Source: Actinomycetota bacterium
GTDB lineage: Bacteria > Actinomycetota > Acidimicrobiia > IMCC26256 > VFJJ01
NCBI GenBank assembly: GCA_009886115.1
Contig: VFJJ01000111.1
Location: forward strand, 1 to 64,000
Direction of reading: 5' to 3'
DNA length: 64,000 nt
Positions 58,299 through 64,000 of the stretch are shown in pieces. Below the pieces are notes generated by a model. It worked only from the letters and a program-made list of their open reading frames with translations, had not been told where the DNA came from and did not search any database. The position numbers and the translations under genes are program-made. How positions within the stretch are numbered: the first letter of the stretch is position 1; every line of letters starts with the position of its first letter.

Positions 58299-58514
58299 TC
58301 ACGACTTGGCGTCGTCCTTGGAGTCCTTGGAGTCCTTCTTCTCCTTGGAGTCCTTGGCATCCTCGTCGGCCTTGGCGCCCTCGCTCAGGCCCGACTTGAA
58401 CTCCTTCTGGGCCTGGCCCAGCGATCGGGCGAGCTTGGGCAGCTTCGCGCTACCGAACAGGAGCAGGACGACCGCCAGGATGATGAGCAGCTCGGGAGCA
58501 CCGAGACCAGCCAT
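58299..58514 (-). CDS. tatA: Twin-arginine translocase subunit TatA
   Basis: LGAPELLIILAVVLLLFGSAKLPKLARSLG..EFK. Confidence 0.93.
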   Translation of the reverse strand: MAGLGAPELLIILAVVLLLFGSAKLPKLARSLGQAQKEFKSGLSEGAKADEDAKDSKEKKDSKDSKDDAKS

Positions 58515-58603
58515 GAGGGTCCCTTTCGAAGACGATGGGATCAGCGTAGTGCCGGCCCGACCCACTCTCTCATCGGCCAGCTGAAGCGAGAGTGAAGGAC
58601 CGG

Positions 58604-59611
58604 TCAGCTTCCGATGCGCCTGCGGGCCTCGGCCAGCGGCTCAAGATCGTCGAGCGCCGTGACCGAGAAGGGGACCGGCCCAGGGCAGGCGATCAGCGTC
58701 GACACGCCCAGGGCCTCCCACTGCACGAGCTGCTCGGCCACCTCCTCGACCGTGCCCACGAGCCGTCCGCCGCCGCGCCAGTCGTCGACCGAGAGCCCGT
58801 CGAGCATTCCGTTGGGCGCCGTGGCCTGCATGCGGCGCCACCGCGCCTCGAGATCGGCCCGGTCCTCCCCGACCACGGTGTAGAGCCCCAGGGTCAACGT
58901 GACCGTCGCCGGGTCGCGCTCAACGGCATCGCACGCTCGGTGCAGTACATCGAGCCGACCCCGATAGGCCTCCGGGGTCCAGGCCCAGACCGTGTTCCAA
59001 CCGTCGGCGACCTCGGCGACGAGGCGCAGGAGCCGATCGCCCTTGCCACCGACGTGGATGGGTGGGCCCGGCGCTTGCGTGGGCCCCGGCAGCAGGCGGG
59101 CACCGTCGAGACGGTGGTAGCGGCCGTCGGCGCTCACCGGATGCCCGTCGGACGCGAAGAGCGCATGGAGGATCTCGACCGCCTCTCGCAGCCGGGCCAG
59201 CCGGACCCCGGGCGGCGGCATCTCCATCCCGATGGCCCGGTACTCGGGCTCGTGGTACCCGGCGCCCATGCCGACCTCGAGCCGTCCTCCGCTCAGACGG
59301 TCGATCGTGGCCAAGGCCCCGGCCAACACGCCGATCGGCCGGAGGGCCTCGCAGATGACGAGCGTCCCGAGACGCGGTCCGGTCAGCTCGCGAGCCAACG
59401 CACCGAGGGCGGTGAGCACCTCGAAGGGCGTGTACTCAGCGGCCCCCCCGCCGTATTTCTCGATGTCCCAGATCAGGTGGTCGGACAGCCACAGCGATCC
59501 GTAGCCGAGCTCCGCGGCCCGGCGAGCGTGCGCGACGACGGTCTCCCAGCGCAAGGGGTCGTCGCCGGGAACCGAGAATCCGTACTGCGGCAGGGCCAGC
59601 CCGAGCTCCAT
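58604..59611 (-). CDS. LLM-class (probably F420-dependent) oxidoreductase
   Basis: WLSDH, DRLSGGRLEVGMGAG, PPIHVGGKG. Confidence 0.9.
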   Translation of the reverse strand: MELGLALPQYGFSVPGDDPLRWETVVAHARRAAELGYGSLWLSDHLIWDIEKYGGGAAEYTPFEVLTALGALARELTGPRLGTLVICEALRPIGVLAGALATIDRLSGGRLEVGMGAGYHEPEYRAIGMEMPPPGVRLARLREAVEILHALFASDGHPVSADGRYHRLDGARLLPGPTQAPGPPIHVGGKGDRLLRLVAEVADGWNTVWAWTPEAYRGRLDVLHRACDAVERDPATVTLTLGLYTVVGEDRADLEARWRRMQATAPNGMLDGLSVDDWRGGGRLVGTVEEVAEQLVQWEALGVSTLIACPGPVPFSVTALDDLEPLAEARRRIGS

Positions 59612-59629
59612 GCGGCCAGACTACGAGGC

Positions 59630-60625
59630 GTGCTCGAATGCGTCGCCAACATCTCCGAAGGGCGCGACCCGATCGTGCTCGACGCCCTCGGCGCCGCCGT
59701 CGCCGATGTGCTGCTCGACGTGCACACCGACGTCGATCACCATCGCTCGGTGTTCACGATGGCCGGCGCCGACGCGGAGATCGTCGAAGCGGCCATGGCG
59801 CTGTGCCTGCGGGCGCTCGAGCTGATCGACCTGCGCGCGCACGCCGGTGTGCATCCACGCCTCGGCGCCGTCGACGTGGTCCCGTTCGTGGCGCTCGAGA
59901 ACGACGGGCGTCCTGCTCGTTCGCCCCACGCCCAGGAACGGGCGATCGCCGCGGCTCGCCGATTCTGCGAACGAATCGGCGCGGAAGCGGGAATTCCGGC
60001 GTTCCTCTACGACCTGGCCGACCCGCTCGGCCGCAGCCTGCCCAGCATTCGCCGCGACGCATTCACCACGACCACCAGGACCACCACGACGAGCACGACC
60101 ACCACGACCAGCACGGCCCGCGAGCCCGACGCCGGCCCGTCCCGGCCCCATCCCACCTTCGGCGCCGTGGCCGTCGGAGCCCGCCCGCCGCTCGTGGCCG
60201 TCAACTGCGTGCTCGCCGGCTCACTCGCCGCCGATGCAGCCGCTGGTGCCGCCACCGGGGCCGGACCGCTCGACATCGCCCGCGCGATCGCCCGCGCGCT
60301 TCGTGAGCGCGACGGTGGGCTCCCGGGCGTGCGGGCCCTGGGCGTGGCGCTGGCGTCACTCGACCGGGCCCAGGTGTCGATGAACCTGGTCGATCTCGAC
60401 GCCACGGGATTGGAGGCCGCCTACGCCGCCGTGGAGTCACGCGCCCGGGCGCTCGGCACCTCGGTGGAGGACGTGGAGCTCGTGGGCCTGGTCCCCCGCG
60501 AGGCCTGGTTGGCCACGACGCTCGCATTCAGGGCCCGCTGGTTTCCGAGCGCCGAACCGACGATCGAAGCCGCCGTCGCATCGCAACTGTCAGCGTGGAG
60601 GGCCGGATACGGCCCGTCACGCTGA
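59630..60625 (+). CDS. Glutamate formiminotransferase-like protein
   Basis: LECVANISEGRD, HHRSVFT, HPRLGAVDVVPF, QVSMNLVD, ELVGLVP. Confidence 0.88.
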   Translation: MLECVANISEGRDPIVLDALGAAVADVLLDVHTDVDHHRSVFTMAGADAEIVEAAMALCLRALELIDLRAHAGVHPRLGAVDVVPFVALENDGRPARSPHAQERAIAAARRFCERIGAEAGIPAFLYDLADPLGRSLPSIRRDAFTTTTRTTTTSTTTTTSTAREPDAGPSRPHPTFGAVAVGARPPLVAVNCVLAGSLAADAAAGAATGAGPLDIARAIARALRERDGGLPGVRALGVALASLDRAQVSMNLVDLDATGLEAAYAAVESRARALGTSVEDVELVGLVPREAWLATTLAFRARWFPSAEPTIEAAVASQLSAWRAGYGPSR

Positions 60626-60644
60626 CAGTTGCGGAAGGATGGCC

Positions 60645-60920
60645 TCAGGCGGAGACGGCGCGTCCGGCGAGAGCCCGCTGACGGCGGATCCGGCGGCGCT
60701 CGCGCTCGGACAGCCCACCCCAGATCCCGAACTTCTCACCGTTGACGAGCGCGTACTCGAGGCAGTGGTCGCGAACCTCGCAGCCGGCGCACACGGCCTT
60801 GGCCTCTCGGGTCGACGCGCCGCGCTCGGGGAAGAAGAAGTCGGGGTCGACGCCGAGGCAGTTGGCGCGGGACTGCCACGTGCGACCGTTCGTATCGAGC
60901 TCGAAGATGAAGGGTTGCAT
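60645..60920 (-). CDS. whiB: WhiB-family regulator (WhiB2/WhmD-like)
   Basis: DPDFFFPERGASTREAKAVCAGCEV..C..FGIWGGLSERERR. Confidence 0.93.
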   Translation of the reverse strand: MQPFIFELDTNGRTWQSRANCLGVDPDFFFPERGASTREAKAVCAGCEVRDHCLEYALVNGEKFGIWGGLSERERRRIRRQRALAGRAVSA

Positions 60921-61000
60921 CGGCTGCTCCGAGTTCTGCCCGAGCCCCGAGGTCGACTCGGGGCAGCTGGCAGGGGTGGAATTCCTCCAGTGGAATTCCA

Positions 61001-61020
61001 TTCGTGTGATTTAACACGAA
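61001..61020. promoter_or_regulatory. Palindromic site with a CRP-like GTG-N8-CAC core in the whiB promoter
   Basis: ttcgtgt-gattta-acacgaa, adjacent to TTGACT on the minus strand. Confidence 0.5.
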
Positions 61021-61096
61021 GTCAAGCACCGAGTGCAAGGCGAAACTTCAGCCACGATGCTCACACCTGCACCAGCCGTTGCCAGGACGACCGCGC

Positions 61097-63106
61097 TCAG
61101 GCGCTGCGGGCCCGTCTGGTCCGGTGCTCGACGAAGTCGACGAGCACGTACTCACCGAGGTTCTCGGGGTTGGTGAAGAACGCCCGTCCGCTGTTGATCC
61201 GCGTCATGCGCTCGACGAACGACCGCAGGTAGTTGTTGGGATCGAGCATGAAGACGTTGATGCGGATGTCCTCGCGCGTGCAGCGCAGGACTTCCTTCAA
61301 CGTCTCCTCGATGGTGCGCGGCTCGGGCGGGTAGTTGAAGTACGGCTGGCCGTTCTCGAGGTGGGCGGTGGGCTCGCCGTCGGTGATCATGATGATCTGC
61401 TTGGTGCCGTGCTGGTGCGAGAGCATCTTGCGCCCGAGCATGAGGGCGTGCTGCATGTTGGTGCCGTAGCCGTAGTCCCACGAGACCTCAGGCAGCTTCA
61501 CCGGGTCGAACTCGCGAGCGAGGATCGAGAAGCCGACCATCCCGAGGTAGTCGCGGGGGTACTGGCTCGTGATGAGCGAGTGCAGCGCCATGGCGACCTT
61601 CTTGGCCGGCAGGAAGTTGTCGCGCATGGGCATCGACATCGACAGGTCGAGCAGGAGGACGGTGGCCGCACGCGTGAGGTTCTCGGTCTGGTCGATCTCG
61701 AAGTCGTCAGGCGTGAGCCGGACCGGCGTACCCCGAACCCCTTCACCGGCTTGGCGGCGCAGGGCGTTGCGGATCGTCTGCTCGACGTTGAGCCGGAAGG
61801 GATCGCCGAACTCGTAGGCCTTGGTCTCGTACGAGCGCTCGTGCCCCACGCCATTGCGCTCGAGCTCGTGACGGCCGAGCCGGTCCTTGGTGAGGTTCTT
61901 GAACAGATCGCCGAGCGCCTTGCGGCCGATCTTGCGCAGCGCCCGCGGCGTGAGCTCGTAGCGACCCTCCTTCTGGTCGATGAGCCCCGCCTCCTCCATC
62001 ATCTTGGCCAGCTGGCGCAAGCGATCGAGGGAGTTGGCGGCGTCGTCGCCGAGGAGCTCGCGGGCCCGGTCGATGTCGACCTCGGCCAGCGCCTGGGGCT
62101 GGGTGGCCTGGCGCATCATCTGCTCGAGCGCGTCGAGATCGCCGAGGTTGTCGAGCAGGCCAGGCATCTGGGCCATCGACAACGGGTCGTCGCCCTGGAA
62201 GTTCATGCGCTTGTTCCACGGCATGTCGGGGAACGCCTGCTGCAGGTTGCGGCTCAGCTCGTCCATCTGCCACTGGAGGTCCATGTCCTCGAGCAGGGAG
62301 TTGGCGAGCTCCTGGAGCTGCCTGCGCTGCTCGGGTGACATCGACGCCATGAGCTGCTGCATGGCGGCCATCGACCGGGCCATGCTCTCGAGGAGCTCGT
62401 CGAGCGTCTGCGGGTTGTCGGGGAAGAAGTCGCCGTACTTGTCCATGAACTCGGCGAAGTTCGGCTCCTGGCCCTGGGCGCGCTGCTCGAGCATCGAGTT
62501 GAGGTCGGCGAGCATGTCCTTCATGCGCTGCATCTGCTCGGGCGACATGTTCGACAGACTTTCCTGCATCTGGTTGAACGTGCTCTGCAGGAGCTGCTCG
62601 CGCAGCTTCTGCATCATCTCCTCGAAGCGCTGACGGGCCGCGTCGTCCATCCAGTCGTACTGCTGGAGGTCCTTGACCTTGCCGGCGAGGTCGGGAGGGA
62701 GCTGGTCGAGCTGCTCGCGGCGTTGCTGGGCCAGCTGGTCGATGATGTCCTGGCGTCGTTGGTCGCCGCTGTCTCGGGCCTCCTGCTCGCGCCGCTCGAT
62801 CCCTTGGCGTTCCTGGTCGACGATCTCGTCGAGGCTCTCGGCGATCTCTTGGTAGACGCCGCCGAGGTCGTAGCGGTCGAGCTGCTCCTGGCGGCGCTGC
62901 TTGAGCCGCTCCATGAGCTCGCGCATGCCCATGACCCGCTCGTCGTTCTGATCGCGAAACCCTTGCTGCATCAGGCGCCGCAGCGCGGCGTGGAGGTCGC
63001 CGTGCTCGACGAGATCGTCGGCCATCTGGTCGAGCACGGTGTCGGCGTCGAGGTCGAAGCCCGTCTGCGAGCCGTCCCAGCGGGAGTAGCGATATCCACG
63101 CACCAT
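61097..63106 (-). CDS. VWA domain-containing protein
   Basis: YRYSRWDG N-terminus; DLSMSM MIDAS, ITDGEPTAH. Confidence 0.9.
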   Translation of the reverse strand: MVRGYRYSRWDGSQTGFDLDADTVLDQMADDLVEHGDLHAALRRLMQQGFRDQNDERVMGMRELMERLKQRRQEQLDRYDLGGVYQEIAESLDEIVDQERQGIERREQEARDSGDQRRQDIIDQLAQQRREQLDQLPPDLAGKVKDLQQYDWMDDAARQRFEEMMQKLREQLLQSTFNQMQESLSNMSPEQMQRMKDMLADLNSMLEQRAQGQEPNFAEFMDKYGDFFPDNPQTLDELLESMARSMAAMQQLMASMSPEQRRQLQELANSLLEDMDLQWQMDELSRNLQQAFPDMPWNKRMNFQGDDPLSMAQMPGLLDNLGDLDALEQMMRQATQPQALAEVDIDRARELLGDDAANSLDRLRQLAKMMEEAGLIDQKEGRYELTPRALRKIGRKALGDLFKNLTKDRLGRHELERNGVGHERSYETKAYEFGDPFRLNVEQTIRNALRRQAGEGVRGTPVRLTPDDFEIDQTENLTRAATVLLLDLSMSMPMRDNFLPAKKVAMALHSLITSQYPRDYLGMVGFSILAREFDPVKLPEVSWDYGYGTNMQHALMLGRKMLSHQHGTKQIIMITDGEPTAHLENGQPYFNYPPEPRTIEETLKEVLRCTREDIRINVFMLDPNNYLRSFVERMTRINSGRAFFTNPENLGEYVLVDFVEHRTRRARSA

Positions 63107-63195
63107 CCCACGACTGTACCGGTCCTCGCCGCTCGGCTCCGGGCGAGGACGAAGCCTCGCAGGGATATGAGCCCGGCGGGGGGTACGGTCACCCG

Positions 63196-64000
63196 ATGGG
63201 CCTGCCGAGCGATGTCATCTGGGGTGTCGGTGCGTCGTCGGTCGGGATCGAAGGAGCGCACCCGGCCGCCGACTGGTGGCGCTGGGAACGCGACGGACGG
63301 GCGCCTCCCTCGGGCGAGGGCGCCGGGCTCGCCGTCGACTTCGACGCCGACTTCCGCATGCTCGCCGCGCACGGCTTCACCGCCGTGCGGCTGGTGCTCG
63401 AATGGGCCCGACTCGAGCCCGAAGGCGGACGACACGACGCCGAGGCCGTCGAGCGGTACCGGACGATGATCGAGGTGGCCCGCAGCCACGGCCTCCAGGT
63501 GTGGCTGGGCCTGCACCACTACTCGACCCCGGGCTGGTTCGTGGAGGCCGGATCGTGGGCCGACGACGGCATCAGAGGGCGAGCCTGGCCGCGCCACGTG
63601 GGCTTCTGCGCCGAGGCGTTCGGAGACCTCGCCGCGGGCTGGTTCCCCATCTTCGAACCCGCCGGCTACGCGGCGGCCGCGCATCTCCACGGAGCCCTCC
63701 CGCCGGGTCGAAACGACCCCGAACGCTTCGCCCGAACGGTACGGGGACTGCACCTCGCGGCCCGCGACGCCTACCTGGAGCTGCGCGGCGGGCCCCCGGT
63801 GGTGAGCGCCCACGACCTCCAGCTCGTCAGGGCCGGCGACGATTCCCCCGAGGCCCGGAACCGGGCCCGCACCATCGAACGCATCCAATGGCACAGCTGG
63901 ATCGGCGCGTTGCGCGACGGCGTGCTCGCCGTTCCCGGGCTGGGCGAGGTCGAGGTCGCCTCGCTGGCCGGCGCATGCGACATCGTGGGATTCACCTTCC
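63196..64000 (+). CDS. Glycoside hydrolase family 1, 3'-truncated by the window edge
   Basis: Manual translation MGLPSDVIWGVGASSVGIEG..DWW..EWARLEPEGG..LHHYSTPGWF..WFPIFEP; not in the ORF track because it runs off the window. Confidence 0.85.
   Translation, partial: MGLPSDVIWGVGASSVGIEGAHPAADWWRWERDGRAPPSGEGAGLAVDFDADFRMLAAHGFTAVRLVLEWARLEPEGGRHDAEAVERYRTMIEVARSHGLQVWLGLHHYSTPGWFVEAGSWADDGIRGRAWPRHVGFCAEAFGDLAAGWFPIFEPAGYAAAAHLHGALPPGRNDPERFARTVRGLHLAARDAYLELRGGPPVVSAHDLQLVRAGDDSPEARNRARTIERIQWHSWIGALRDGVLAVPGLGEVEVASLAGACDIVGFTF

Overview
High-GC actinobacterial chromosome segment, most like Acidimicrobiia judging by gene content (two WhiB genes, SigE/anti-sigma, UPF0182, DivIVA, MreB, AhpE-like peroxiredoxin, LLM oxidoreductase). 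About 60 CDS are supportable; I see no rRNA, tRNA, CRISPR array, IS or prophage. Main blocks: (1) a nitrogen-heterocycle/nucleoside scavenging cluster (hydantoinase A/B, deaminase, Rieske oxygenase, 2OG-Fe(II) oxygenase, an adenosine-deaminase remnant, BMP-type ABC importer) at 10.1-23.0 kb; (2) a SUF Fe-S system split into two convergent operons, each with a sufC and sharing a near-identical palindromic operator; (3) between them, a kinase-less roadblock/DUF4388/roadblock/small GTPase module next to an EAL phosphodiesterase, and a Zn-type ABC importer with a Zur-like box; (4) an envelope/cell-shape block containing a DivIVA protein fused to a phage MuF-like C-terminus and an HtrA lacking its catalytic triad. 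Non-coding highlights are a self-contained structured small transcript at 1686-1925 with a 16-nt complement to the 16S 3' end, two copies of a 53-bp palindromic element, many leaderless-type promoters and frequent micro-tandem duplications. All calls come from motif reading by eye; no database searches were run.
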